Below, piece after piece: positions 47,049 to 57,017 of a stretch of 64,000 nucleotides of DNA; within the stretch, counting starts at the first letter, position 1, and the number at the start of each line of letters is the position of its first letter. The stretch covers positions 1,647 through 65,646 of the forward strand of contig CAYRZH010000005.1 of assembly GCA_964428845.1 (NCBI GenBank), given 5' to 3'. The position numbers and the translations under genes were made by a program. The notes under the pieces were generated by a model that saw only the letters and a program-made list of their open reading frames with translations, ran no database searches and was not told the DNA's origin. This stretch comes from an uncultured Candidatus Saccharibacteria bacterium (GTDB lineage Bacteria > Patescibacteriota > Minisyncoccia > Phycocordibacterales > DATGWK01).

Positions 47049-47113
47049 GTCATGGTCGGCGGTTCGCACTCACATAGACATTTGTTTTGGAGCTAGCTGC
47101 CGCCGACCATGAC
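47049..47113. repeat. 14-bp perfect GC-rich inverted repeat (GTCATGGTCGGCGG / CCGCCGACCATGAC) with 37-nt loop in the murB leader
   Basis: Arms at 47049-47062 and 47100-47113, downstream of a TTGTCC-17-TATTAT promoter (46998-47026) and 30 nt before the murB ATG. Confidence 0.5.
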
Positions 47114-47143
47114 TTTGCACAATTTACTCTCGAAGTTACCACA

Positions 47144-48175
47144 ATGAAAATCGAGAAGAACGTTCTTCTAGAAAAATTCACGACATTTCGTGTTGGTGGG
47201 CCGGCCAAAGAGTTTGTCGAAGTTTCTTCAATAGAGGAACTTAGCGAGGCTGTTGCCTATGCCCGCAAGAATAATCTGAAAATCTTTATCCTCGGTGGAG
47301 GATCTAATGTCCTGATTTCAGATAAAGGTTTCGAAGGTCTTGTAATTCATATAACTTTTAAGGGCATTAGCTATGTATCAGTAGGAGAGAAGGTTCGTGT
47401 TACCGCCATGGGAGGTCTCGACTGGGATGATCTTGTTTCTGACACGGTTTCCCGTGGGCTTTACGGTCTTGAAAATCTCTCTGGTATACCGGGAAGTGTT
47501 GGTGCTGCACCTGTTCAGAACATAGGAGCATATGGTGGAGAGCTAAAAGACGTCCTCTTATCACTTGAAATTTTTGATACTGAAACTCTTGAGGCAAAAT
47601 CCCTTTCTGCCGAGGAGTGTCGCTTCGGTTATCGCGATAGTTTATTTAAAAAGGAGCAAGGACACAGATTGGTTGTCACCTCAATAACTCTCGAGCTAAA
47701 AAAAACGGGCCCTGTAAACATAACCTACCGGGACCTAGCTCAATATTTTTCGGGGAAAGAAAGTCAGCCACTTACGGCGGTGGATGTCCGAGAAGCGGTT
47801 CTCTCCATTCGCAAAAACAAACTTCCAGACGTGAAAACATACGGCACAGCCGGCTCATTTTTCAAAAATCCAATCGTTTCCATAAGGGAATCTGAAGAGC
47901 TTCGGACCAAATTCCCAGAAATGCCTTCATATAAGGAGGATGATGGCCGAGTGAAAATTCCTGCGGCTTGGCTTATAGATAGGGTTTGCAACCTCAAGGA
48001 TTTTCGATCGGGGGATGTTGGAACATATCCTAAACAACCCCTCGCCATAGTAAATTATGGCGGGGCATCAGCCAGTGAGATTTCTCAATTTGCCCAGACG
48101 ATCCAGAAATCAGTTTCAGAAAAAACTGGAATAAATTTGGAATGGGAGGTGGCAAAGATTGGAAAATTTGATTAG
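47144..48175 (+). CDS. murB: UDP-N-acetylenolpyruvoylglucosamine reductase (MurB)
   Basis: FAD-binding N-terminus FTTFRVGGPAKEFVEVSS...ILGGGSNVL and a C-terminal MurB domain. Start taken at ATG 47144. Confidence 0.8.
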   Translation: MKIEKNVLLEKFTTFRVGGPAKEFVEVSSIEELSEAVAYARKNNLKIFILGGGSNVLISDKGFEGLVIHITFKGISYVSVGEKVRVTAMGGLDWDDLVSDTVSRGLYGLENLSGIPGSVGAAPVQNIGAYGGELKDVLLSLEIFDTETLEAKSLSAEECRFGYRDSLFKKEQGHRLVVTSITLELKKTGPVNITYRDLAQYFSGKESQPLTAVDVREAVLSIRKNKLPDVKTYGTAGSFFKNPIVSIRESEELRTKFPEMPSYKEDDGRVKIPAAWLIDRVCNLKDFRSGDVGTYPKQPLAIVNYGGASASEISQFAQTIQKSVSEKTGINLEWEVAKIGKFD

Positions 48176-48257
48176 CTTTGACTCAAACCAGCCTTCGGTT
48201 AAATTTTAGTGGAGTTTTGTGCTAAAATACACTGGTTTTTCCTGGTCTATACATTTT

Positions 48258-50774
48258 ATGGCAATTCTTAAGAGCATTATTGGCGACAGCAATACGAGAA
48301 GTCTCAAACCCTTCAGTGAGATAGTTCGAAAAATCAACTCTCTTGAAAGTGACTACGAAAAACTTTCATCTGAAGAACTGAAAGGGAAGACGACTTCTCT
48401 CAAACAAAGACTCGCCGCCGGCGAGACTCTAGACGCGTGTTTGCCCGAAGCTTTTGCTTTGGTCCGAGAGGCAGCCAAGCGTACCCTAAAACAGAGACAC
48501 TTTGATGTTCAGCTTCTTGGTGGTATTGTCCTTCATCGTGGTAGTGGGGCAGAGATGAGAACGGGCGAAGGGAAAACCCTAGTAGCCACTCTTCCAGCCT
48601 ACTTAAACGCACTCGAAGGAAAGGGGGTTCATGTTGTCACAGTAAATGACTATCTTTCTCGTCGTGATGCGGTTTGGATGGGTCAAATTTATTCTTTTCT
48701 TGGATTGTCGGTCGGAGTTTTGAACCACGAAGAATCATTTCTATACGATCCCAACCAAAAGGAACTCGATGCCGAACGTGACGAAGTGGGTTCTTTCCAC
48801 GTCGTTCATGAATTCTTGAGAAGGTGTTCTCGCCGGGAAGCTTATGAGGCTGACATCACTTACGGAACAAATAATGAATTTGGATTTGATTACCTCCGCG
48901 ACAATATCGAGTATGACAATCTTCGACTCCGTCAGAGAGGCTACAACTTCGCTATCGTCGACGAGGTCGATTCTATTCTTATCGACGAAGCAAGAACCCC
49001 CCTCATTATTTCTGGTCCGACCGGTGATTCGGAAAGCCTCTACTCTCTTTTTGCTACGATTGCCAAAAGTCTTTCTCCGGAAGTGGACTATGCTGTGGAT
49101 GAAAAACTGAAGGCGATCAGCGTGACCGAGCAAGGCATCGAGAAAACAGAGAAACTACTCGGGGTAGAAAATATATATACTGACAAAGGAATAAAATATG
49201 TCCACCACCTAGAGACAGCAATACGCGCCAAAGCTTTGTTTCATCGTGATCGTGACTATGTGGTACGAGAAGACGGCGTGATAATTGTCGACGAATTTAC
49301 GGGCAGGCTCCAGCCTGGGCGTCGTTGGTCAGAAGGTCTGCATCAAGCCATTGAAGCAAAAGAGGGTGTAAAGATAGAAAAAGAATCACGAACATACGCC
49401 TCTATTACATTTCAAAATTATTTCAGGCTGTATAAGAAACTTGCTGGCATGACGGGTACTGCCATCACTTCGAAAGAAGAATTCTATAAGGTTTACGGCC
49501 TAGATATTTTTGCTATTCCTACCAACAAGGCACCGCGTCGAGTCGACCACAACGACCTCATCTTTCAGACAGAACACGGCAAATTTAAAGCAGTTGCTCG
49601 AGCTGTAAAAGAGCTAAATAAGAAAGGACAGCCGGTACTTATCGGCACGGTTTCTATAGAAAAGAACGAACTCCTTTCAGAATATTTAAATAAAGAGGGA
49701 ATTAAGCACGAACTTTTGAATGCCAAAAATCATGAGAAAGAAGGCGAGATTATTTCGCAGGCTGGCCGCAGGGGTGCAGTCACGCTTGCTACCAACATGG
49801 CTGGCCGTGGAGTCGACATCAGGCTTGGAGGCAACCCTTCAAGTCAGGAAGAAAATAGAGAGGTGGAAGCCCTCGGCGGCCTCTTTGTGATCGGAACCGA
49901 GCGGCATGAGGCGCGACGTATAGACAATCAGCTACGCGGTAGGTCTGGCCGCCAGGGTGATCGTGGTGAAACACAATTTTTCGTGTCTCTCTCTGACAGT
50001 CTGATGCGTATTTTTGCTTCTGACACTATCAAAAAACTTATGGGGAAAATTGGCATTGCCGAAGATGAGCCTATCCAAAACAGAATGATTACCCGCGCCC
50101 TCGAGGCAGCTCAAACTAAGATAGAAGGTTATAACTTTGACGCCAGAAAACACGTCTTACAATTCGATGATGTGCTGAATCATCAGAGAAAAATCATCTA
50201 CGATCGTCGCCGCAAAATTCTCACTGGTTCCATAGATGATGTGTACAATTATATTTATGAAATTATTGCCGAACTTGGTGAAGCAAATTTGAAGTCGGTT
50301 ATCGATGAGAAGCGTAGAGTGGTGGGGGAAGAGCGCTTCGCTCTTTCACTGCAACGATCGGCACTTCAGACCATCGATCTCTTCTGGGTGGAACATCTAG
50401 AAATGATGGATTATATGAGGGGCAGTGTAAACCTACGTGCATACGGCCAGCGTGACCCACTTGTTGAATACAAAAAAGAGGGTTTGAGGCTCTTTAAAGA
50501 AATGGAGGAAGCATCTAAGATTGAAATTTTGAAACTTATTCCAAAGATTGGAGGAGAGGTTTTTGTCAGTGAACCTGAACATTTGAAGGAGATTCATGAG
50601 CAGGCGGCTATGATAGGCAAAAGCGAAGATGATACTGATACCTCAACAGGATCACATATGAAAAATGTTGGTAGAAATGATCCCTGTCCGTGCGGAAGCG
50701 GAAAAAAGTATAAACACTGTGGCCTTTCAAACTCACGCGAACACCAGAGTCGCATGAAGCTAGATGTAAAATAA
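48258..50774 (+). CDS. secA: Preprotein translocase ATPase SecA
   Basis: MAILKSIIGDSNTRSLK N-terminus, Walker A MRTGEGKTLVATL, DEVD motor box and a C-terminal zinc-finger CPCGSGKKYKHC. Confidence 0.9.
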   Translation: MAILKSIIGDSNTRSLKPFSEIVRKINSLESDYEKLSSEELKGKTTSLKQRLAAGETLDACLPEAFALVREAAKRTLKQRHFDVQLLGGIVLHRGSGAEMRTGEGKTLVATLPAYLNALEGKGVHVVTVNDYLSRRDAVWMGQIYSFLGLSVGVLNHEESFLYDPNQKELDAERDEVGSFHVVHEFLRRCSRREAYEADITYGTNNEFGFDYLRDNIEYDNLRLRQRGYNFAIVDEVDSILIDEARTPLIISGPTGDSESLYSLFATIAKSLSPEVDYAVDEKLKAISVTEQGIEKTEKLLGVENIYTDKGIKYVHHLETAIRAKALFHRDRDYVVREDGVIIVDEFTGRLQPGRRWSEGLHQAIEAKEGVKIEKESRTYASITFQNYFRLYKKLAGMTGTAITSKEEFYKVYGLDIFAIPTNKAPRRVDHNDLIFQTEHGKFKAVARAVKELNKKGQPVLIGTVSIEKNELLSEYLNKEGIKHELLNAKNHEKEGEIISQAGRRGAVTLATNMAGRGVDIRLGGNPSSQEENREVEALGGLFVIGTERHEARRIDNQLRGRSGRQGDRGETQFFVSLSDSLMRIFASDTIKKLMGKIGIAEDEPIQNRMITRALEAAQTKIEGYNFDARKHVLQFDDVLNHQRKIIYDRRRKILTGSIDDVYNYIYEIIAELGEANLKSVIDEKRRVVGEERFALSLQRSALQTIDLFWVEHLEMMDYMRGSVNLRAYGQRDPLVEYKKEGLRLFKEMEEASKIEILKLIPKIGGEVFVSEPEHLKEIHEQAAMIGKSEDDTDTSTGSHMKNVGRNDPCPCGSGKKYKHCGLSNSREHQSRMKLDVK

Positions 50775-50776
50775 AT

Positions 50777-51424
50777 ATGATTGCCTACGTAGTAGAGATA
50801 CTCGAGATATATGTTATCCCACTAGGGGCCCTCGGTGTTTTTGCTGCTGCAGTTCTTGAGGAAATAATCGCCCCTATCCCTTCGGCAGTAGTTCAGATTG
50901 GATCCGGTTTTCTTTTTGTAAGTGGGGCCGTATCGTTTTCCACTGTCTCCAAATTGATTTTTATAGTTGTTTTGCCTGCCGCTCTTGGTGTCACGGTAGG
51001 GTCTCTCCTTGTCTACGGCCTCGCGTATCGATTTGGTAAGCCGGCTCTCCTCAAATGGGGTAAATGGCTCGGTCTTACTTGGGGTGATGTAGAGAGAGTG
51101 CAGGCCAGGTTCGAACAATCGTCTCTGGACGAATGGGTCCTTCTCATTTTTCGAGCTATCCCTGCTCTTCCGAGTGTGGCGGTCTCTGCTCTCTCTGGTC
51201 TAATGAGAATTCCTCTCAAAGAATATTTAATTTACACATTTTTAGGGACGTGTATCAGAGCTCTTGTGCTCGGAGCTGTTGGTTGGCAAGTCGGTGTTCT
51301 CTATGACCGCTATGCTAGTTTTGTGAATAGCATAGAAAAAGGAATTTTTATAATTGTTATCTTGGCTGTAGTTGTTTTTGTTGGCTGGAGGACTGCTGTT
51401 TCTAGGAAAAATCGAGCTAAATAA
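50777..51424 (+). CDS. DedA/SNARE-associated family membrane protein (second paralog)
   Basis: ...YGLAYRFGKPALLKWGKW... and ...LIFRAIPALPSVAVSALSGLMRIPLKEYLIYTFLGT, the DedA core. Confidence 0.55.
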   Translation: MIAYVVEILEIYVIPLGALGVFAAAVLEEIIAPIPSAVVQIGSGFLFVSGAVSFSTVSKLIFIVVLPAALGVTVGSLLVYGLAYRFGKPALLKWGKWLGLTWGDVERVQARFEQSSLDEWVLLIFRAIPALPSVAVSALSGLMRIPLKEYLIYTFLGTCIRALVLGAVGWQVGVLYDRYASFVNSIEKGIFIIVILAVVVFVGWRTAVSRKNRAK

Positions 51425-51466
51425 TCGAATATAAATATTGGGGTTAGCATCTAACCCTGTGCTATA

Positions 51467-51850
51467 ATGCTCGTTATGAAAACCAAGAATATTGTTATTG
51501 GCATAGTTATTATTGTTATTATTGCCGGAGGTATTTTTTGGCTTATAAAAACACCCGGCAAACCAGGTCAGTATGATACTTTTGCACAGTGTTTAGGAGA
51601 AAAAGGTGCAAAGTTTTTTGGAGCTTTCTGGTGTCCTCATTGTAGAGATCAAAAAGCTTTATTTGGCAGATCGGCAAGCCTTTTGCCATACACAGAGTGC
51701 TCGACCCCAGACGGCAAAGGTACCCTTCAGGTTTGTCTCGATCAAAAGATCCAAGGATACCCAACCTGGGAATTCGCTGGTGGAGAACGGATTGTGGCTG
51801 TGATGAGTCTTGAGGAGCTTTCCGAAAAAACAAGTTGTCCACTACCTTAA
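51467..51850 (+). CDS. Thioredoxin-like thiol-disulfide oxidoreductase (membrane-anchored, CPHC active site)
   Basis: N-terminal TM helix and FGAFWCPHCRDQKALFG, as found in VKOR/DsbB-associated thioredoxin-like domains. Confidence 0.55.
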   Translation: MLVMKTKNIVIGIVIIVIIAGGIFWLIKTPGKPGQYDTFAQCLGEKGAKFFGAFWCPHCRDQKALFGRSASLLPYTECSTPDGKGTLQVCLDQKIQGYPTWEFAGGERIVAVMSLEELSEKTSCPLP

Positions 51851-51868
51851 CCTAGTTTCCCAAACATT

Positions 51869-52408
51869 ATGTCTCAATCGTTTATAGTCAATGCTTCTGC
51901 TATAGGGACTCTTGTGGTTCATGTTGTCCTAGTAATTTTTGGGTTGACTCTTATTTTACACAAAGAGTCTGCTTTTCGGTTTATGCGTTATTTCTCTCCA
52001 TACGCATTTATTTTTTCCTTTGCTGTGGCACTTCTCGGGATTGTTGGAAGTATTTTGTACTCAGAAATTATTGGTTTTGATCCATGCGTTCTCTGTTGGC
52101 TCGAGAGAGTTTTGTTGTACCCCCAGGTAATAATTTTTGGGATAGCAATCTTTCGTCGCGATGACTCCATTATTCCGTATATACTTGGGCTATCTATCCC
52201 TGGAGTTATTCTTTCTCTTTATCACGCCTCCGTCCAACTTGGAGGTTTTTCCCTCACAGCTTGCACTTCAGAAGGGGGTTCGTGTTCCAAGGTGTACGTT
52301 CTCGAATATGGCTACATAACAATACCTCTCATGGCTTTTACGGCGTTTCTTCTTATTGTTATAAGCACTCTTATACGAAAAAAGAATTTAGGAAAATTGG
52401 CTTCGTAA
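51869..52408 (+). CDS. Disulfide bond formation protein B homolog (DsbB/BdbC family)
   Basis: 4-TM protein with ...EIIGFDPCVLCWLERVLLYPQV... (CxxC) matching the BdbC/DsbB N-terminal pattern, and a second Cys pair (TACTSEGGSCS). Confidence 0.55.
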   Translation: MSQSFIVNASAIGTLVVHVVLVIFGLTLILHKESAFRFMRYFSPYAFIFSFAVALLGIVGSILYSEIIGFDPCVLCWLERVLLYPQVIIFGIAIFRRDDSIIPYILGLSIPGVILSLYHASVQLGGFSLTACTSEGGSCSKVYVLEYGYITIPLMAFTAFLLIVISTLIRKKNLGKLAS

Positions 52409-52411
52409 GGA

Positions 52412-55147
52412 TTGTCTATGCCAAGCTCAAACGACAAAGATCTTCAAACCGTGGCGGAGAAACCAGATATACCTTGGCCTAGTTTATCTATAGAGGAAAT
52501 TCTGCCAAAACTTTCCTCTTCTCTTTCTGGTCTTTCTTCCACAGAGGCGATTCGTCGGCTTAGATCCCATGGCCCTAATGCACTGCCTCAAAAACCACCA
52601 CCGAGTCGTTTGGTGATATTTTTCAGACAATTTCAAAGCCCGCTTATTTATATACTTCTTCTGTCAAGTATAATCGTTTATTTTCTTGGAGGAGTTACGG
52701 ATTCTATTGCGATTCTAGTCGTACTCTTCATAAACGCCTGCGTCGGCTTTTTCCAAGAAGGTAAAGCTGAAAATACACTTGCTGCCCTAAGAAAATTTAC
52801 AAAGACAGATGCCACCACTCTTCGGGATGATATGGAGGTGGTGTTAAGCGATGAAGAGATAGTCACTGGTGACATGGTCGTTTTGCGAGAGGGAGACAAA
52901 GTTCCCGCTGATGCTCGTATTGTTGAAGAAAAAATATTTCGTGTCGATGAATCGGCTCTTACTGGCGAATCAATGCCAGTCGTGAAGACGAGTGAAAGGA
53001 TCAGTCGAGACGTGTCAACAACTTCTGATCAAAAAAATATGGTGTTTAGGGGTACCTTTGTCATGGGTGGGTTTGCTAAAGCTATTGTGGTGCGTACGGG
53101 TATTTCTACTCTTATGGGTGCTCTGTCGGAGAAGATAGCGAGTATTGATACAGATGTTCCGCTCAAAAAAAATATTACAATCCTATCGAGGTTTATTGGT
53201 GTCGGAGTTATTTTTGCAAGTATTCTAGTATTTCTGATCGGACTATCTTACGGCAATTCTGTGAGAGATATGTTTTTTACTGCGGTCACAGTTGCGGTTT
53301 CTCTTATTCCCGAGGGTTTGCCAATTGTTATTACTCTGGTTCTTGCCACTGGAGTCTATCGGATGGCTAAACAAAACGCTTTGGTCAAAAAACTCGGTGC
53401 GGTCGAGGCTCTCGGTCAGGCCACCCTTATCGCTGTCGATAAGACAGGTACTATCACAAAGAACGAGTTGATGGTTGAGGAGGTCTATGTGGGTGAAAAA
53501 CTTTTTTCAATTCTTGGAAATGGGTACGAACCAAAGGGTGATGTTCTGCTCTCCGGCAATAAGATAGAACCGGCCAATCATCAGGAATTGCTTTTGGCAG
53601 GGAAATTGGCCACTTTTTGTTCCAATGCCAGGGTCTCTCTGGTCGAGGGTGAAGGAGTTTTTAGAGTTATTGGGGATCCGACAGAGGCCGCTTTGGGAGT
53701 TTTTGGTGAGAAAGTTGGTTTCCCAAAGAATGATCTTGAAGCCGAAGAACCACAGATTACCGAATTACCGTTTGACTCCAAAAGGAAATATCACGCCACT
53801 CTTCATAAGGTCGGGAGGAGAAAATTTCTTTCTGTGATCGGGGCTCCAGAGGCGGTACTCAATGTTTGCACATCGATCGGTAGAGACGGAAAAACGTACA
53901 AACTTACGGCAGAGGAACGTGGGCATATAGAATCTGTTATTCATGAAATGTCCAAAAAAAGTTTGCGAGTCTTGGTTTGCGGAGTGATAGAAAATTTTAA
54001 GGGGGATTTTGGGTCGGGTATATTTGAAAATTTAGTCTTTATGAGTATTTATGGGTTACGAGATGTGTTGCGTGAAGGTGTCCGAGAATCAATCGAAGAT
54101 GCTCGCGCCCTTGGGCTTCGTGTCATTATGATTACTGGTGACCATCGCAACACTGCAGAATCTATAGCAAGGGAAGCTGGTATCTACCACGAGGGAGATC
54201 ATGTTCTCTCGGACATTGATCTTTCCAGCATGAAAGATGAGGAACTCATGGCCCGATTACCAAAAACTACTGTCTTTTCGCGCATCACCCCAGAGCATAA
54301 GTTTAAAATTATAGAGCTCGCAAGAAGACGTGGAGATGTTATCGCTATGACTGGGGATGGGGTAAATGACGCACTCTCCCTTGCTGCTGCTGATCTGGGT
54401 ATCGCAATGGGTAAGGGTGGAACAGAAGTGAGTAAAGAAGCTTCGGATATTGTTCTTTTGGACGACAATTTCAGAAGTATTGTTTTGGCTATCGAAGAGG
54501 GCAGGAATATGTACCGCACTATAAGAAAAGTCATTACCTATCTTTTTTCTACTGGTCTTGGAGAGCTTTTTACCATAATCGGGGCTATGCTACTGCTTCT
54601 GCCTTTACCCTTTGTACCGACACAGATTCTGTGGCTGAATCTTGTGACTGACGGGTTCCTTGTTGTAGCCTTGGCCATGGAGCCCAGAGAGCGATTTGAG
54701 AATTTCAAAAATGGTGATAATTCAAAAAGGGTACCCAAATCATCAATCTTTGATCGGCTGATGTTTTTTAGAACTTTTATGATGGGGCTCATTATGGCCA
54801 TCGGTAGCGTCCTACTTTTTTACTTTTTTGTATCGAAGGACCCATTCCGAGCTTCGACGATTGCCCTTACTGCTTTAGCAAGTTTTCAGTGGTGGAATGC
54901 GTGGAATGTTCGTTCGGATCGTTCCTCGATCTTTTCTTCGGGTATTTTTTCAAACAAATATTTGATTTTGGCCACTGTCCTAGTCGTTATCTTGCAGTTG
55001 TTCGCAATATACAATCCACTTATGCAAAAAGTCCTTTCTACTGTAAGCTTGTCTTTCGGCGAGTTACTTATAGCTTTCACGATTCCGCTCTCTATTGTGG
55101 TTGTCGAAGAGCTTCGTAAGATATTGAGGCGCAGAAAATCGAAATGA
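52412..55147 (+). CDS. P-type cation-transporting ATPase (type IIA/Ca2+-ATPase-like)
   Basis: TGES (LTGESMPV), phosphorylation site DKTGTIT, hinge TGDGVNDALSLAAADLGIAMG and 10 TM helices. Confidence 0.8.
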   Translation: MSMPSSNDKDLQTVAEKPDIPWPSLSIEEILPKLSSSLSGLSSTEAIRRLRSHGPNALPQKPPPSRLVIFFRQFQSPLIYILLLSSIIVYFLGGVTDSIAILVVLFINACVGFFQEGKAENTLAALRKFTKTDATTLRDDMEVVLSDEEIVTGDMVVLREGDKVPADARIVEEKIFRVDESALTGESMPVVKTSERISRDVSTTSDQKNMVFRGTFVMGGFAKAIVVRTGISTLMGALSEKIASIDTDVPLKKNITILSRFIGVGVIFASILVFLIGLSYGNSVRDMFFTAVTVAVSLIPEGLPIVITLVLATGVYRMAKQNALVKKLGAVEALGQATLIAVDKTGTITKNELMVEEVYVGEKLFSILGNGYEPKGDVLLSGNKIEPANHQELLLAGKLATFCSNARVSLVEGEGVFRVIGDPTEAALGVFGEKVGFPKNDLEAEEPQITELPFDSKRKYHATLHKVGRRKFLSVIGAPEAVLNVCTSIGRDGKTYKLTAEERGHIESVIHEMSKKSLRVLVCGVIENFKGDFGSGIFENLVFMSIYGLRDVLREGVRESIEDARALGLRVIMITGDHRNTAESIAREAGIYHEGDHVLSDIDLSSMKDEELMARLPKTTVFSRITPEHKFKIIELARRRGDVIAMTGDGVNDALSLAAADLGIAMGKGGTEVSKEASDIVLLDDNFRSIVLAIEEGRNMYRTIRKVITYLFSTGLGELFTIIGAMLLLLPLPFVPTQILWLNLVTDGFLVVALAMEPRERFENFKNGDNSKRVPKSSIFDRLMFFRTFMMGLIMAIGSVLLFYFFVSKDPFRASTIALTALASFQWWNAWNVRSDRSSIFSSGIFSNKYLILATVLVVILQLFAIYNPLMQKVLSTVSLSFGELLIAFTIPLSIVVVEELRKILRRRKSK

Positions 55148-56031
55148 AAAAACACAAAATCATAACCCATAGTGGTTCTTATCACTGCGATGATGTCATG
55201 GCTGTTGCTACCTTGTCTCTTTTTCTAGGTAAGGATGCCGTGGAAATTGTTCGAACCAGAGACGAAGAGGTAATTAAAACTGGAGACTACGTTGTCGATG
55301 TTGGTGGCATCTACGATGAAACTAGATATCGGTTTGACCACCACCAAAAAGAAGGAGCCGGAGTCCGTCCCAACGGTATTGCTTACGCTTCTTTTGGTTT
55401 GGTCTGGAAATATTGTGGAGAAAAGGTAAGTACTTCGAGCGAAGTCGCGCAGATAGTTGAGAGGAAGCTAGTAGAACCTGTCGATGCTGTTGATAATGGT
55501 ATCGATTTGGTGGATTATAGAATTCCTAATACACATCTGTATTTAATCCAGGATTTTTTTCGTTCTTTTTCTCCAACCTGGAAAGAGGAGGGTGCTGATG
55601 TTGATGAAATATTTTTCAAATTGGTAGATGTTGCTCGAGATTTGCTCACGAGAGAGATAAAAAGAGCCAAAGATGGAGTCGAAGCAGTACGACTAGTAGA
55701 GGAAGCTTATAAAAATAGTTCGGACAAACGGCTAATTATATTAGAAAAAGATTGGCCGTGGAGACAAGTTCTCGACAAGTACACCGAACCTGTTTATGTT
55801 GTATCACCGGATAGAGATGGTCACTGGAATGCCCGAACCGTTCAAAAGAAGCTTCTCTCTTTTGAAAATAGGAAGGATTTTCCTACCGAGTGGGCAGGGA
55901 AGAAAGGAGAAGAGTTTAGGAAAATAAGTGGAGTAGAGGATGCGATCTTCTGCCACAAGAACCTTTTCTTTGCCTGTGCCGAGTCTAAAGAAGGTACTAT
56001 AAAGCTTGCCAAGCTTGCTCTAGAAAAATAA
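55144..56031 (+). CDS. UPF0160/MYG1-family metal-dependent hydrolase
   Basis: IITHSGSYHCDDVMAVATLSLFLG and RFDHHQKEG motifs. Confidence 0.6.
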   Translation: MKKHKIITHSGSYHCDDVMAVATLSLFLGKDAVEIVRTRDEEVIKTGDYVVDVGGIYDETRYRFDHHQKEGAGVRPNGIAYASFGLVWKYCGEKVSTSSEVAQIVERKLVEPVDAVDNGIDLVDYRIPNTHLYLIQDFFRSFSPTWKEEGADVDEIFFKLVDVARDLLTREIKRAKDGVEAVRLVEEAYKNSSDKRLIILEKDWPWRQVLDKYTEPVYVVSPDRDGHWNARTVQKKLLSFENRKDFPTEWAGKKGEEFRKISGVEDAIFCHKNLFFACAESKEGTIKLAKLALEK

Positions 56032-56032
56032 T

Positions 56033-57001
56033 ATGGCTTTCGTCGATGAAATAAAACTACATCTTGAGGCGGGCAGTGGTGGTTCTGGGGTTGTCCGTTG
56101 GCGTCACGAGAAAGGAAAGGATAAAGCCGGAGCTGCCGGTGGAAATGGTGGAAGAGGTGGGGATGTGTACATGCAAACAGTCCGTGATCTGGGCGTACTT
56201 GCCCGATACAAACAGATAAAAGTTTTTCGTGCCAAAAATGGTGAAGATGGTATGCAAAGTAGCATGCATGGCAAAAAAGGAGAAGATCTGTCTATAGATG
56301 TCCCCATTGGTAGTGCTGTCACAAATCTTCTAAATGGTAAAAAGATAAATTTTCTAAAGGAAGGGGAGAAGGTCCTGGTTCTGTCTGGTGGTAACGGGGG
56401 GTTAGGAAACGAGCATTTCAAAGCTTCTACAAATGTAAAACCGAAAGAACATACTCCAGGGAAAGCGGGCGAGTCCGCCGATTTCCTAATAGAGCTCGAA
56501 CTTGTCGCAGATCTTGGGCTTGTTGGTCTTCCGAATGCCGGTAAGTCTAGTCTACTCAACGCTCTGACCAATGCCAAATCAAAAGTAGCAAGCTATCCAT
56601 TTACTACTCTCGAGCCTGATCTGGGGGACATGTTTGGCTTTATTATCGCTGATATCCCGGGTCTCATTGAAGGAGCCTCTATGGGTAAGGGACTCGGTCA
56701 CAAGTTTTTGAGACACATAAAGAGGACGAGAATGATTCTTCATTGTGTAGCAGCCGACAGTGAAGATATTTTGAATACGTACAAAACAATCCGCAATGAG
56801 CTCAAAACATACAGTAAAGAACTATCAGAAAAACCAGAGATTATTATAATCACAAAAATAGATGAAGTTCCCCAGGAAGTTGTTAAAGAAAAAACAAAAA
56901 TACTTTCAAAATTCTCAAAACACATTTTTACTGTTTCTGTGCTCGATGATTCATCTGTGAAGGGTCTACGGGATGGGCTGATTAAAATTTTGAACAAATA
57001 G
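56033..57001 (+). CDS. obg: GTPase Obg/CgtA
   Basis: Glycine-rich Obg fold (GGSGVVRW...GGNGGRGGDVY) and G-domain GLVGLPNAGKSSLLNALTNA, DIPGLIEGA, TKID. Confidence 0.8.
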   Translation: MAFVDEIKLHLEAGSGGSGVVRWRHEKGKDKAGAAGGNGGRGGDVYMQTVRDLGVLARYKQIKVFRAKNGEDGMQSSMHGKKGEDLSIDVPIGSAVTNLLNGKKINFLKEGEKVLVLSGGNGGLGNEHFKASTNVKPKEHTPGKAGESADFLIELELVADLGLVGLPNAGKSSLLNALTNAKSKVASYPFTTLEPDLGDMFGFIIADIPGLIEGASMGKGLGHKFLRHIKRTRMILHCVAADSEDILNTYKTIRNELKTYSKELSEKPEIIIITKIDEVPQEVVKEKTKILSKFSKHIFTVSVLDDSSVKGLRDGLIKILNK

Positions 57002-57017
57002 AAAGCGCGCCGTCTTC

